From a virus (lineage: Duplodnaviria; Caudoviricetes): DNA of 45,719 bases. The position numbers and the translations under genes were made by a program. Under the pieces are notes generated by a model, which had not been told where the DNA came from, searched no databases, and was given only the letters and a program-made list of their open reading frames with translations. Where the stretch lies: IMG/VR virus record IMGVR_UViG_3300020432_000014, positions 1 to 45,719 of that record. One strand, 5' to 3'. Positions 16,801 to 26,366 of the stretch are shown here, in pieces. Each line of letters starts with the position of its first letter. The stretch's first letter is position 1.

Positions 16801-18437
16801 CGAGTTGTAGCAGCATCAAAACCACTTACATACCCTGCCATATTAACAGCAACACCATCTAACTTATAAGTGATACCATCCATATAATGACCATTGCCAT
16901 TATGCTCACCATCATCACCTAAGCTAAACATCAATGGGTGATTCATCCCATTGTATACTTCATTGCTATTATCTGATTGGTCGAAGACGTAAGTTACTCC
17001 TCTCTTAAGAGCAATACTAGGTTTCTCTACACCATCAAGATAGAATACACCATATGGGTCTGAGCTAACATTATCTACACCAACTGTGACTGCTATATTA
17101 GTAACTAACTGTTGAGTCCCACCACTACCATCACCAGTATTATTAACACTAAAGAGTAGGTTACCAGTTGTATCGTTTACCTTTGTATAGTTAAGGTAAT
17201 TAAATCCTCTATAACCAGTAACAGGAGTTAATTCTTGGTCTAATTCAAAGTCTTCTTTCGAGTTACCATCAGCGAAAGAAACGCGATTATTTTGTAGTTG
17301 AGTATTATCTACACCCGCAGCAGCGATGGTTACGAAACCACCTTCTATATTATTTCCTGCATCCCATGCAGTTACATCAAAATCTTCTTGGTTAAATGCT
17401 GCTATACCTTTTTGTGGTGCAATAGCAGTCCCTAAGTATCTCCAACTTCCTGTATCAGATGAATCAGTGTGAGTAGGCTCACCTCCACCTGAGGATATAT
17501 CTAATATTGCTTCATATAATACGTCAGCACTATTCTTTACCTTATCATATCTTGAATATGATGCAGCGTTACTATATGCAGGAGCAAAACTACCCTCTGT
17601 TGCTGTAGCGATAGGAGAAGTTTGTGCATATGTTAAACGACCATATCTGTCAACGTTGAAGTTTGTTACGTTAACAGTTTGAGTACCTGTAGTAGCAGAG
17701 ATTAAAGGTGTATCTGCATTACCTATTGGGTTATAATTTCCAACAACAACTGTAGTATCAGCAAGGTCAATAAATGGGTTAGATGATTGTCCATTACCAT
17801 TCTGCACAATGACACGTCCACTACCACCAGTGATTGTGCGGTTGACTAATGTACCTTCTGCCTGTCTGGATATAATACCAAAACCTGACATCGTCGCTAG
17901 AGAAGTCAGGTCAGAGTCTAATGGTTGTGCGTCAGTAATACCATAAGCACCTAAACTTGTAGGGTTTGTGGCATCTACGATACGACCTCTAGAGTCGATA
18001 GTTACTTGAGAATATGTGCCTTGTGCGTCTAAATTGTTTGCATCGTAATGTGGTAGTGCGACCACATAGTTTAATTCTGCTGTGATGGTTAAGTTTGCAG
18101 ACCCATCAAAAGTACCTGCACCAGACATATCACCACCAAGTGATATCTGACGTGCGTTAGCAAGACGTGTAGCAGTTGCAGCATTACCTATAACAGACGC
18201 AGTAATTGCACCCGCTTCAAAGTTACCGTCAGCATCCCTTTTAACAAGAGTGTTAGCAGTATTTGATTCAGTTTCAATAGGTCTCTCATATTTCAGAGAG
18301 TTCCACGATGTAACACCGTCTCCGATTTTGATACGTGAAGTATCAATCTCAATACCTAACTCACCCTGAGCAAGGATTGGATTGACGTTAGCCCATTGCT
18401 GTGCACCGTCACGTCGTAGTTGTAGTCTATTTGCCAT
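10884..18437 (-). CDS. Long fibre protein, 2517 aa (tail/whisker fibre at the position upstream of g13)
   Basis: N-terminus LQLRRD...W...NPILAQGE.G.E.DT...KIGDG.T.WNSL.Y resembles the Mtd_N / phage hyaluronidase N-terminal domain. Extensive G-x-L-x-V-x-G beta repeats and C-terminal EGSNLYYT repeats. Confidence 0.85.
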   Translation of the reverse strand: MANRLQLRRDGAQQWANVNPILAQGELGIEIDTSRIKIGDGVTSWNSLKYERPIETESNTANTLVKRDADGNFEAGAITASVIGNAATATRLANARQISLGGDMSGAGTFDGSANLTITAELNYVVALPHYDANNLDAQGTYSQVTIDSRGRIVDATNPTSLGAYGITDAQPLDSDLTSLATMSGFGIISRQAEGTLVNRTITGGSGRVIVQNGNGQSSNPFIDLADTTVVVGNYNPIGNADTPLISATTGTQTVNVTNFNVDRYGRLTYAQTSPIATATEGSFAPAYSNAASYSRYDKVKNSADVLYEAILDISSGGGEPTHTDSSDTGSWRYLGTAIAPQKGIAAFNQEDFDVTAWDAGNNIEGGFVTIAAAGVDNTQLQNNRVSFADGNSKEDFELDQELTPVTGYRGFNYLNYTKVNDTTGNLLFSVNNTGDGSGGTQQLVTNIAVTVGVDNVSSDPYGVFYLDGVEKPSIALKRGVTYVFDQSDNSNEVYNGMNHPLMFSLGDDGEHNGNGHYMDGITYKLDGVAVNMAGYVSGFDAATTRVAEILVQTDAPATLYYWCHHHTNQGNSLTITDGGAGEVDINVRTYFSDADITLDGAIDQTLDKTGNGNLTFQHTQNTTEDRTLLINATNAGSGNALINITSENDITINATNVANRVNVEDFHFQDNVISTTNSTLIIDPNDDDGATGLVRVRGDLQVDGTTTTVNSTTITVQDPIITLGGEDTLVSDDNLDRGVEFRYYDTQERFGFFGWDEDYADSNIWSGTGGYRFLYNATNSSETFTGTDAAIIGGNLRLTTNTGSTWKTPTTGTLVVTGGAGISENLNVGGTTHLNGNVEIDGTVDIDANFAVRNGTTDKVTIESATGNTVIEGTVDIQLQTTITDGLLLQADNKKFEIKTAGGTSVFDIDTDNGNVHTDGTLDVDSGVTFNSTLDVDSAVTFNSTLDVDNDSVFHDDITLDTTGKFFTITNGSGQTFKVSSTNGNTDIEGSLNVGGVNTFERTNNIVVDPTTSESAITLTSGGNATFAGGVNIDKDVRVGTDLYVSDRIVVKDAGTARTRPSLLNNVDVKYRQYIGATGVHNASFADDPDANLRVAGGVGIVQDLHVGDDFYVGKVATNDTVEFSILGESGATTIGRVGQGNVTDGSLTVHGFVTMNERVTINGPLTTIGDANSDVLTVNAVSQFTDDVTVDGSLTVNTNALIEGNLTVNGTTTTVNSTVTTIDDPIITVGGDTAPSSDDAKDRGVEFRYYDSQARLGFFGWDNSAERFAVYHAATNSSEAFSGTRSGIDAGSLKLFDTTNATNSATGTLIVGGGAGIGLDLHVGDDLIVVDDGSFGGNVDITGTLDVTDDFAVAATFTVDAQTGNTFAAGTFQVNGNTTIGNAGSDAHSVSGTVQFNHAITSTDITADNIKIGVDGASEISTTSGNLILDSQGGTVNITDDADVDGDLNVDGNTKVDGTLTVDGNTTIGNASGDAHEFTGTVTFNQAITSTDITADSVKIGVDGATEISTVSGNLILDSADGKVHITDNAEVDGNLQVDGNTTLGDASGDNLVVNATSTFNAAITSTDITADSIKIGVDAANEISTTAGNLVLDSQAGTVSITDDATISGELEVTGQTKITDSLIIDSTNEQFIVRSSLVDRFTIDTDNGNTFVAGTATIEGLTTINDDLGVTGAVDFDTTLNVDGQAVFQDNVILNADNKAFKIQNNSSVDQFTVDSDNGNTVVGGTATVDESLSVGTTSLLSGNVTANANTTATRLAGSAAIMVPNGGITVFEDSFFGEDIFVGPDQAQTITLFGATGNITADGTVSAATFSGTTGNISTITTTSNVNVGGSIIVNTNKFIVTGSSGNTDIAGTLDVGGSTVIDDTLKVTNDVDFDTNLNVDGNQQLDGTLTVDSTSLFKDSMVIRGASKTLKLQNGSNTTKVELQSTTGNITAAGAGDFGSMAITNNLTVGGTIVSTGQITGNVTGDLTGNADTASLVNITETASSNLTYYPVFVSSTSGNTEIRTDSQNLNYNPFENRLTVTNFKSTTDFEIQGNLNITGNITFFQSQVGSIANHDTDALTEGSTNLYYTNERVDDRVAALIQGGTGIDATYDDANNLLSLSVDFGEYTTDQVVEGTSNKYFTQARTRNAFTYGTGIEHDGSGGLQVTQADINTDNVTEGSTNLFTTAARTRGHISVSGDLGYNASTGVISYTIPSTIASLSNHDTDDLAEGSNLYYTDERVDDRVNNLFTAGTGITKVYDDAANSYTLSVTQSDINTDNVTEGSSNLFTTAARTRTHFTYGTGIKLTTADLAIDFTEFDTGSITEGSNLYYTNARADARVNLQTGANLDLSSKSTTNLSEGTNLYFTNARADARIAAATTSDLTEGSNLYYTDARADARIAAADTGDLSEGSNLYHTTARARAAISAGGDLSYNASTGVMSVTLPTVFSGNYNDLSNKPSLFSGAYNDLTGKPTLGTAAAAATSDFATAAQGALAASALQAETITLADFKSVVAASADFDDFQTRVAAMT
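11200..12260 (-). repeat. Nine (L/V/I)xEG(S/T)..N(L/K)(Y/F)xT.(A/E)R repeats in the fibre C-terminal region
   Basis: Counted in the translation; includes an exact 26-nt duplication at 11596-11621 and 11908-11933. Confidence 0.88.
13600..14320 (-). repeat. Three tandem ~76-88-aa repeats (NTTIGNA..D...AITSTDITAD.IKIGVD...EIST..GNL.LDS..G.V.ITD)
   Basis: Seen directly in the fibre translation. Confidence 0.88.
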
Positions 18438-18475
18438 TACCTTTTATTGTGGGCTGCAGACGATTCCGTCTGATT

Positions 18476-18483
18476 TATTTATG
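18476..18483 (-). promoter_or_regulatory. Late promoter CATAAATA upstream of the fibre gene
   Basis: Intergenic NATAAATA ~40 nt upstream of ATG 18437, followed by a 6-bp hairpin CAGACG-gaat-CGTCTG (18457-18472). Confidence 0.7.
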
Positions 18484-18510
18484 CAATAACGAAGAGACTC
18501 CACGTTTCTG

Positions 18511-18738
18511 TTATGCTGCAGGCACTTCTGCAGTTTCCTCTACCTCAGTAGGTTCTGGGGGAGCAGGATTCAGATATTGTAGTGTCTCAATAGCACCAAG
18601 TAATTTAAGGGCAGTTGCCTCATTATCCTTGATTTTTTTTGCTAACTCTTGGTTTTCTGAAATAAGATTGCTATAGCGAGTTTGAAATTGCTCTAACAAT
18701 TCTTCTTGTGTAGCAGTTTCCTTCACATCAACTGGCAT
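18511..18738 (-). CDS. Hypothetical coiled-coil protein, 75 aa
   Basis: ORF track; GGAG RBS; heptad pattern. Possibly a fibre assembly chaperone (inference). Confidence 0.8.
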   Translation of the reverse strand: MPVDVKETATQEELLEQFQTRYSNLISENQELAKKIKDNEATALKLLGAIETLQYLNPAPPEPTEVEETAEVPAA

Positions 18739-19012
18739 GATTTTCTCCGTTTACGATAATTTGTTTGAGAAGAGATTTGATTTCATTCAAATCTAATTTT
18801 ACAGCATCAACATCGGTTTGTAAAGCTTCAAACTTTGCATCCTTCTGTTTTCTTTTATTATAAGCTGCCATATAGTCATCATACTCTGTTTTGTTACAGT
18901 TTACAACAGCGTTTGAATCTGGGTCTCTGTACCATCCATCCTTTCCCTTTACAGGGATTAGGTCGGGTGAGTATGGCTCTATATGGTCTGTGGACTTTTC
19001 GGGACTTGACAT
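18728..19012 (-). CDS. Hypothetical protein, 94 aa
   Basis: V.G..G.YRDP.SNA.VN motif plus a C-terminal coiled coil; typical of this locus in T4-like marine phages (recall). Confidence 0.8.
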   Translation of the reverse strand: MSSPEKSTDHIEPYSPDLIPVKGKDGWYRDPDSNAVVNCNKTEYDDYMAAYNKRKQKDAKFEALQTDVDAVKLDLNEIKSLLKQIIVNGENHAS

Positions 19013-19042
19013 GAGTATTAATAATGTATATAATCAACCGTG

Positions 19043-22000
19043 TTAGGTTGCAAGAGCGATAGCCCTTAGGTCAGCTATGAGTGGGACTCGTGCCTGATTT
19101 TTGGAGCGCATCACGATTTTTAATTGGAAAGCGTTGAAACTTAATCCTTTCTTCTCGTATGCGTAATCCTTCCAAAGATATTCATCTGTTGGACTTGTAT
19201 CATAATCTTGATTCAAGGTTGTGATTGGGTCTCCAATCGGTGACCATCCAACGTTATTGGGGTCAGCATTGTCACCTGTTTTGAAAGCACGATAATATAT
19301 ACGGATTTCAGTTTGTGGGTGTCTTGTGATTTGGAAATCAACCTTGACTGCCCGCGCTTCACTACCCAATCTTGCAAGACGAGTAATATAAACCGCGTCG
19401 TTTTGGTCACCTGTAGGTAACGTTGATACGTCCTGAGTCCTATCAATATCACCTTGTTGTCCGTATGGTGAAGGACCACCAGGCCACATATTGACTCTGT
19501 TTGTAGTCGTAATAAGCGACATTCTATCTAGGTCAAGACATGGAGACAGAGATTCTTTCTCAGTATTCAATGTTATTGCCATAGTTAGAGACTTATTACC
19601 ATCTAGTTTATTCTGCTCATTAATCTTAGATGCAATCATCTGAGGAGAAGTAAACGAGTTTTCTTCATTCAATACGACATCATAATATTGACCACTGTTG
19701 ATAAAGGAAGATTGGTCTCTAGGAGATGAGCCTCCTTCACCACCACCATCACCAACAGATGTAGCAGTTGTTGTATTTACACGAGCAATAACTTCAGTTT
19801 CTGGAAGTTGCATCGTGGAAACCGTCGGGGTTAGACACTCAAACTGGACGTTTTGTGTGCCCCATACTTCTGCTCCACCACCACGTATACCGTTTGTTGC
19901 AACGTGGTCTACCGCTAACATGTAAGTATCAATCCAAGGACACTCAATGCTAGAGTGGACTTTGTTAATTTCAGTTAGTGGTATACCGTCTAAGTTATAA
20001 CATTCAACTACTGTGCCTGATGGATGCTCTATATCAGCAGTGCCATTACTACCTCTACCAGAAGTAGCAACAGTTATAACTTGACCATTAGTTGATATTG
20101 CAGAGTATTGTATAATTTCGTCGCCAATTTTAAGATACCCAGGATTTAAGTTTCCTATCGCAGCACCACCAATGATAGCGTGGAATTGAGAAGCATCCTG
20201 CACCTGTATACTAGAGCTTGATTGTGCAAGTGTAGTAGTTAATGTTGTGTTAGGTACCTCAGATACAACACCCATAATCTCAACGTTGTTTGTACGTTGA
20301 TGCATACCATGATTTCTATGGTAGATAAGCACTTCCTTATCATCATGTGGATATGATGGTGCTTGTGTTGGATATGCAGTATATGAATCTCCTGCATAGT
20401 TAATAGATGTGATAGTAGCACTTGTGCCACCAGGTTCGTTTAATGTATCAGATGAATCGAATGACTTGGTAATGAAATTCAATATAAGAGTTGTAGTACC
20501 TGAATCATAAGATGTAACCGTACCTACTGCACCTGATGTTGACCCTGTTACTGTATCTCCAACCTCAAATGTGCCATTGAATATAGCAGACAATACAATC
20601 GTTGCTGTAGATTGTGATGAAGTTAAACCTTGGAATGGGTCACCGTTAGTATCAAGGAAACCAGATGAGAATGTGCCACTGATATCTGTCAATGTCATTT
20701 TCTCTGGGTCAGATACTGCATCGTATTCTTTAATAGTACCTGCAGCACCTGATGGTTGCTGTACTATTCTTGCACCAACTGTGAAGTTATAATTGTTACC
20801 CGCAGGCATCATTAACTGTTGAGTTGGTTTAATTGTTTGAATTGGATTCTCAATAAGATTGTGAATACCTCTGTTACCACGTCCTAACTCAGCGTTATTA
20901 AGAATAACTGTGCCAGTAGGTTGTGTGAAACTTGCACGATATATTGTAAACTTCAAATCTTCATACTGGTCAGCAGTCCATGTAGATGCGTTTTGTGATT
21001 TGAATAACACACCTGAGTATGGTTGCTCAGATATAGTCCTTGTGCCTGATACATCTATATCACCCATTCTGGATATCCAAACTTGATATTCATTAGAGTC
21101 AGATAGAAGCACAACACAATATTCTGTATCTGCCTTGATGTATACAGGAGACCTAAAGACGAATCTTGATGGTATTGCTGCGTTGTCTGATAATTCAATC
21201 TGGTCAGAATCAACTGTGCAGTCAGAGAAAGGTAGAATCTCTTTACTTGGATAACCATTCTCCATAGTCCTTATCTGCATGGAGATAGGAATATTACTAT
21301 CCTTAGTCTTGAAGAAGATATCAACACTACTTAAGAATACACCACCTTCTTCTGCAACAAGGAATGATTGTGCAAGAGGGTCATACCAACCAATCTGACG
21401 TGTGGATGTCCTAGTAGTTGTAACAGTCCTTGTGTCGTTAACTGTATCTCTAACAACTTCAGCATTTCTGATTGCTAGGATATTCTCTCTAACAACTCTC
21501 AATGTACCTGTTGCCTGATATGTGGTATCTGCAGAAGAATCTACTTCACCTGATGCCTTACTATTGGTAGAAGATGTTGTAAATCTAACTGAGCGAGTAC
21601 CTGTTGCCCAACGTGGGTTTGAATCATTCTTAGGTGATGGGATAAACAATGTACCTTGTAGGTTACCAATGTTATCTGACAATAGACGTCTGTCTCTCAT
21701 AACAGCACGTGCACCTGATGTCTGTCCTACTAATATTTCACCAACAAGAGCGTTACCAAAGAAGTTTGGATTGACGCTTTCTGCCATAGCAGTGATATCA
21801 ATATTTAAGAATGGTGTCTGTGATGCATATGACTCTGCTAATGTTGCTTGTCCTACACCATATGGGTCAGTTTTTAAACCATCGTTTGCAGGAGCAACTT
21901 TTAGTTGACACTTAGATGTCTGACCAATAACTGTCTCACCAACAACGAAAGGTGTTTCGTTTGTATTAGGGTCAGCACTAGATGACTTAGTAATCTCGAT

Positions 22001-25000
22001 GACCTTAGGTAAAATATAACCAGTAACATCCACACCATCGAAGAATGCATACATTCTTGTGCGTGGTTTTAGTCTGTCAACATTAAATCCAATATTTCTT
22101 GAGCGAATCCAAGGTACTACTGATTGTGATAGTATTGTGTCACCAAGTGATTTTCTTTCAATCTTAGGTATAACACGTGTCCTAATACCTTGTCTTGCTT
22201 GGTTATTAACAACCCTCCAAGTCCTTCTTTCATGGACGAATAGTGGTTGTCTTCCTTGTCCGTGACCTAATCTACCAAGTCTACGACCACCAGCTGCGAA
22301 ACTACCAGACCTGTTTCTAAATCTACTACTAGAAATTAGAGACTCACCAGTCCAGTTAGTCCTCCAACCACCCCACTGAATAGGAGCAAAACCGTTTTGG
22401 TCAATTTGTAAATCTCTTGCTACAGCAGAGAAGTCACCTTCTACGTTTTCAACTCTTGCGGGTTTACGCTCAATGTCAATCCAGTCATCAGATGCAGGAG
22501 TTAAGTCAACACGACCAATAAAGGTAAACACGTTGAATGGGTTTACATTCTCTACTCTAGATGCATATGGTTGTGTAACAATAGGGACATCAACGTAAGG
22601 CAACATTACCATGTTACCACCAGTCTTAATTACGTTAGTTGACTCAGCTAAGTTTAATTCGAGCGGGACATTGGTTGTATAATGAGAAGGACGTAAATGA
22701 CCTTGGCTAAAGTCCATGCTGCATTTATAGTCAACATTAAGGACGTCACCAATAGTGTGGTCTGTAAAGTCATCAACAATGTATCCATTCTTAAGTCTAT
22801 CAAATCCATTATCGTCATAAGATTTAGTATTCTCTGCCTGTGATTCTAGCATAGTCAGAGACGTATAGTACTCAACATGTGACAATCTTGTTTCAATGTC
22901 ACCAATATCCTTCATCGTATAACGACGGATAATTTCTTGGTTGATTAGTATGTCTCTTTCTACATCATAAACATAAGGACGATATTCAATTTGTGCCAAC
23001 AACATAGCGTTGTCAATATTGTCAGGAGGTGGAAGGTCTTCCGAAGATACACCTTTGACAACTTTTAATTGATTATCATGAGTTAAGAATAACTTGTCTG
23101 CTCTGGGTAGGTAATAGCAGTAATCACATCTAAACTCGCTATTAACTCTAGGGACGTCGAATATAGTCGAGCCACCCGCACCACCACTGGTATCAAAAGT
23201 CCTTGCACCGAAATCTAATGACGCACAATTCACATAATATGGAGCTGTGATTAGACCACTACCTGATGCTAATTCTCCTACACCTGGGCGGAAGTCAAGT
23301 TGGTCTCTTAAGAAGTTAATAGACCCATCCAGTTTGTATTTAGGTATCTCTTTAAATGTGATACCAGTATATGACTGGTTACTGAAATAGTCACCTGATG
23401 ATTCATGGACGAAGTAGTCAAAGATAACAAGAATCTTTCTGATAGGTGGTGTAAACTGTGGAAGTCTAGTCATCTTAGACACATCATAGTAATGTGCTTT
23501 CTGTCCTGCGTCTAATTCAAACTGACTGGTAACAACTTTACTACCTTTAGTTACAGACCCTTCTGCGTCATCAACAATACCAACTAACTGGACACCGTCA
23601 TCATCCACACCATCAATAGTTTCACCTGGGATGAATGGAATCTCATTAAGAGCAACAAAGTATAGTCTTAATGTAGAGTTGATAAACTGAATGACTCTAC
23701 CACGAGCACCTGATGTCCTACCTACGACAACACTACCATTGTCAAAGAATCTAGATTCTGTTAATACAAGGTAAGGTGACATAGCGTCTGTGTCATCCTC
23801 TGATTCATATACAGCATGAATCTTGTAAACATCATTCAGTGCAAATGATATTTCTTCGTCTTCAATACGTGACCCATATAAGTTACCATATGCTAAACCA
23901 TATCTCTGTGAGTCTTGCTGTATTCTTGTGCGAGTAACTTTCATCGCACGCATTTTTGCAGCAGTCTTAATCTTCTTGGTAACAATATTCTTAGATACCA
24001 ACGCGGTTAATTTAACAGTAGATACGTTTGCTAATCCATCAATAGTAACTGACTGTCTGTCAGCACCAAATGTAACTGTTAATGTGCCTGCATCATTTAA
24101 AGCATCGATGTCAAGGTTATCTCCAACTGAGAATGCTGACCCTGATTCTGCTAAAATTGTTAGGAAATAATTGTCATTATCTAATGTAGCAAACTGCTCA
24201 GATTCTGGTAGAGAAACAGTAACACCACCAGACACAACTGTTTTATTATTAAACGTCCTAAACACGAAGAATGATTCGTCAGAAATTGACTTCATTGATG
24301 TACGTGGAGTATCAATGGTCATCTCACCATTCTGGTAGTCCTTCTGGAATACAAAAGGACGCATTCTTAATAGATTAGTATAGTCACCATCGGTGATACT
24401 ACCCTTAGTTAATCCTGTTTCTAGTAATGCAGTCTGTGTTTGATAGTTAAAGATATAACTTGACTGTCCTGTAGCAGCATTTGTTGATACTGTATTAATA
24501 CCACTAGATGTATCTACTCTTGCAATTCTTAGAGTCCTATTTCCTTCTGCGTCAGAGTTTACAGGTGTAACAACATCACCAGGGCGAAGGTCTGCCTCCA
24601 TCTTAGTGTTGTTACCTATAATATTTGTATTTCCTGCTTGGTCAATAGTAACACTAACACCTTCAATAATTGCTTGGTCATTTAGTAGTAAGTTTGCACC
24701 AAAGATAACTGCGTTACCTGAGTTTCTACCTCTAACTGTCCTAGCATCGGTTAAGTTAAATGAATGTGCTGCTTCTAATGTACCGATAACACGTCCATCT
24801 CTTTCTATAACTTCACCATTAACGAAGTCTCCTGATACTTGCTCAAGGAAACAATGTGTGCCACTTCCTGCATCAGCAACGAAACCTCTAGCATTAGATG
24901 TCCTTCCTCTTAATACATCACCAACAATTACTGCATTATTTCCTGCTGCAAAGTTGATACCTGTCCACATCTGTGCATCAAATATCCACATATCATAGAC

Positions 25001-26365
25001 ACCACCATTATCCTGCTGCAACTGAATTGTGCGAGCACGACCAATCTGTCTACCAGTAATAGTAGATGTATTGTTTAGTGTCCAGTCATCATATAATTCT
25101 AATGTTTGATATGCAGATGTAACACCTTCACCAGTTAGGTCAGGCCACCCATATACATCATACACTTTCATGAATTGTCCTAGACGGAATGATATGATAC
25201 CATTCTGCACACACTCAAAATCTCTAGGTTTAGGTGCATCTACAAATTCTGGGACAAGAAACTCAGTCCTATATCCTTTAACGTAAGCACGACCTGGGGA
25301 TACCTCAAATGATACTAAATCATCTGATGCTAAATTACCATTTGAAGATGTTTCTCCAACACGGTATACACCATTATTGAAACCATCATCTAAATTTTCT
25401 CTAGGTGTAATAGTAAATGTATCAATTACATAGTCACCTGATTCTTCATATGTCCTACGTGCTAATGATTTCTCTAATTCAGAGTATGCTGTAGCAGTAA
25501 CAAATTCTTCTACCTTAGAATTATTAAGACGTAGTAATTCAATAAAGTTTTTATCTGTAGTATCGTTTATTGCTTTCTTTACAAGACTTGTCCTGATTCT
25601 AAATCTATGACCACCTGGGGCAGAATAGTTAGATGTGCCTGCAGCGTTATCATTTAGATTAGGGTCGTCTTCTGGAGTTACAATAGATTCACTAACTTCC
25701 AAACCAACACGATAAGATGGTGTGTTAGTATACTGGTCAAGAATCAAATATGAAGATGGGACATCTACAAAGTGTCCTCTAATAAAATATACACCCGCAT
25801 TAATATAAGCAACAGATGCTACTGCACTTGAATCAACTGGTAACAACTGTCCAAATGGTGACCCAACTTCAATCAAAGTTGTGCCGAAAGTTATTTCATT
25901 TTCTGCTAATAACTGCTCGTTTGGTTGGAAAGTTTTAAGAGTTGTATCAGAAGTGGTATCACCTGACTCAACATACTTAACATATAAAGTTACATATCCA
26001 CGAGATGACTCAGTTGATGGAATTGAATAGAGGACTTTCGCCTTGATGCCAGTGGTGATACCCTCAATTATTTGTCCGTTTAACTGTGTCCTATATGTCT
26101 CAACGTCTACACCTAAGAAAGACTGCTGTAATATAATTGCTTGCACTTGAAGGTCATATCCTACCTGACCTGGGATAACCATAGCACCTTCTTTAAAGAA
26201 GTGCTGACCTATAGACTCCAACTGATTCTGTAGAATTGACTGCATAGTAGTCAATTCTCTTGCTTGGATAGGATATCCTGGGCGGAAGAGGACTCTGTAG
26301 AAATTGTTGTCCTTATCGAAATCGTCGAAATAAGGAGAAATATTCAGATTAGTATTCTGTGGCAT
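19043..26365 (-). CDS. Large virion structural protein, VrlC/DUF4815-like, 2440 aa
   Basis: N-terminus NLNISPYFDDFD...FYRVLFRPG.PIQARELTT.QSILQNQ; RYTMKDIG..E.R...EYYTSL, NPFNVF, DPLAQSF, LFKSQNASTW, C-terminal DLRAIAL. Confidence 0.88.
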   Translation of the reverse strand: MPQNTNLNISPYFDDFDKDNNFYRVLFRPGYPIQARELTTMQSILQNQLESIGQHFFKEGAMVIPGQVGYDLQVQAIILQQSFLGVDVETYRTQLNGQIIEGITTGIKAKVLYSIPSTESSRGYVTLYVKYVESGDTTSDTTLKTFQPNEQLLAENEITFGTTLIEVGSPFGQLLPVDSSAVASVAYINAGVYFIRGHFVDVPSSYLILDQYTNTPSYRVGLEVSESIVTPEDDPNLNDNAAGTSNYSAPGGHRFRIRTSLVKKAINDTTDKNFIELLRLNNSKVEEFVTATAYSELEKSLARRTYEESGDYVIDTFTITPRENLDDGFNNGVYRVGETSSNGNLASDDLVSFEVSPGRAYVKGYRTEFLVPEFVDAPKPRDFECVQNGIISFRLGQFMKVYDVYGWPDLTGEGVTSAYQTLELYDDWTLNNTSTITGRQIGRARTIQLQQDNGGVYDMWIFDAQMWTGINFAAGNNAVIVGDVLRGRTSNARGFVADAGSGTHCFLEQVSGDFVNGEVIERDGRVIGTLEAAHSFNLTDARTVRGRNSGNAVIFGANLLLNDQAIIEGVSVTIDQAGNTNIIGNNTKMEADLRPGDVVTPVNSDAEGNRTLRIARVDTSSGINTVSTNAATGQSSYIFNYQTQTALLETGLTKGSITDGDYTNLLRMRPFVFQKDYQNGEMTIDTPRTSMKSISDESFFVFRTFNNKTVVSGGVTVSLPESEQFATLDNDNYFLTILAESGSAFSVGDNLDIDALNDAGTLTVTFGADRQSVTIDGLANVSTVKLTALVSKNIVTKKIKTAAKMRAMKVTRTRIQQDSQRYGLAYGNLYGSRIEDEEISFALNDVYKIHAVYESEDDTDAMSPYLVLTESRFFDNGSVVVGRTSGARGRVIQFINSTLRLYFVALNEIPFIPGETIDGVDDDGVQLVGIVDDAEGSVTKGSKVVTSQFELDAGQKAHYYDVSKMTRLPQFTPPIRKILVIFDYFVHESSGDYFSNQSYTGITFKEIPKYKLDGSINFLRDQLDFRPGVGELASGSGLITAPYYVNCASLDFGARTFDTSGGAGGSTIFDVPRVNSEFRCDYCYYLPRADKLFLTHDNQLKVVKGVSSEDLPPPDNIDNAMLLAQIEYRPYVYDVERDILINQEIIRRYTMKDIGDIETRLSHVEYYTSLTMLESQAENTKSYDDNGFDRLKNGYIVDDFTDHTIGDVLNVDYKCSMDFSQGHLRPSHYTTNVPLELNLAESTNVIKTGGNMVMLPYVDVPIVTQPYASRVENVNPFNVFTFIGRVDLTPASDDWIDIERKPARVENVEGDFSAVARDLQIDQNGFAPIQWGGWRTNWTGESLISSSRFRNRSGSFAAGGRRLGRLGHGQGRQPLFVHERRTWRVVNNQARQGIRTRVIPKIERKSLGDTILSQSVVPWIRSRNIGFNVDRLKPRTRMYAFFDGVDVTGYILPKVIEITKSSSADPNTNETPFVVGETVIGQTSKCQLKVAPANDGLKTDPYGVGQATLAESYASQTPFLNIDITAMAESVNPNFFGNALVGEILVGQTSGARAVMRDRRLLSDNIGNLQGTLFIPSPKNDSNPRWATGTRSVRFTTSSTNSKASGEVDSSADTTYQATGTLRVVRENILAIRNAEVVRDTVNDTRTVTTTRTSTRQIGWYDPLAQSFLVAEEGGVFLSSVDIFFKTKDSNIPISMQIRTMENGYPSKEILPFSDCTVDSDQIELSDNAAIPSRFVFRSPVYIKADTEYCVVLLSDSNEYQVWISRMGDIDVSGTRTISEQPYSGVLFKSQNASTWTADQYEDLKFTIYRASFTQPTGTVILNNAELGRGNRGIHNLIENPIQTIKPTQQLMMPAGNNYNFTVGARIVQQPSGAAGTIKEYDAVSDPEKMTLTDISGTFSSGFLDTNGDPFQGLTSSQSTATIVLSAIFNGTFEVGDTVTGSTSGAVGTVTSYDSGTTTLILNFITKSFDSSDTLNEPGGTSATITSINYAGDSYTAYPTQAPSYPHDDKEVLIYHRNHGMHQRTNNVEIMGVVSEVPNTTLTTTLAQSSSSIQVQDASQFHAIIGGAAIGNLNPGYLKIGDEIIQYSAISTNGQVITVATSGRGSNGTADIEHPSGTVVECYNLDGIPLTEINKVHSSIECPWIDTYMLAVDHVATNGIRGGGAEVWGTQNVQFECLTPTVSTMQLPETEVIARVNTTTATSVGDGGGEGGSSPRDQSSFINSGQYYDVVLNEENSFTSPQMIASKINEQNKLDGNKSLTMAITLNTEKESLSPCLDLDRMSLITTTNRVNMWPGGPSPYGQQGDIDRTQDVSTLPTGDQNDAVYITRLARLGSEARAVKVDFQITRHPQTEIRIYYRAFKTGDNADPNNVGWSPIGDPITTLNQDYDTSPTDEYLWKDYAYEKKGLSFNAFQLKIVMRSKNQARVPLIADLRAIALAT

Positions 26366-26366
26366 C

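Noticed and set aside
18290-18437. Mtd-like N-terminus suggesting a diversity-generating retroelement target
   Set aside because: No reverse transcriptase, no adenine-specific TR/VR pair and no C-type-lectin C-terminus seen; the domain is a common fibre anchor.
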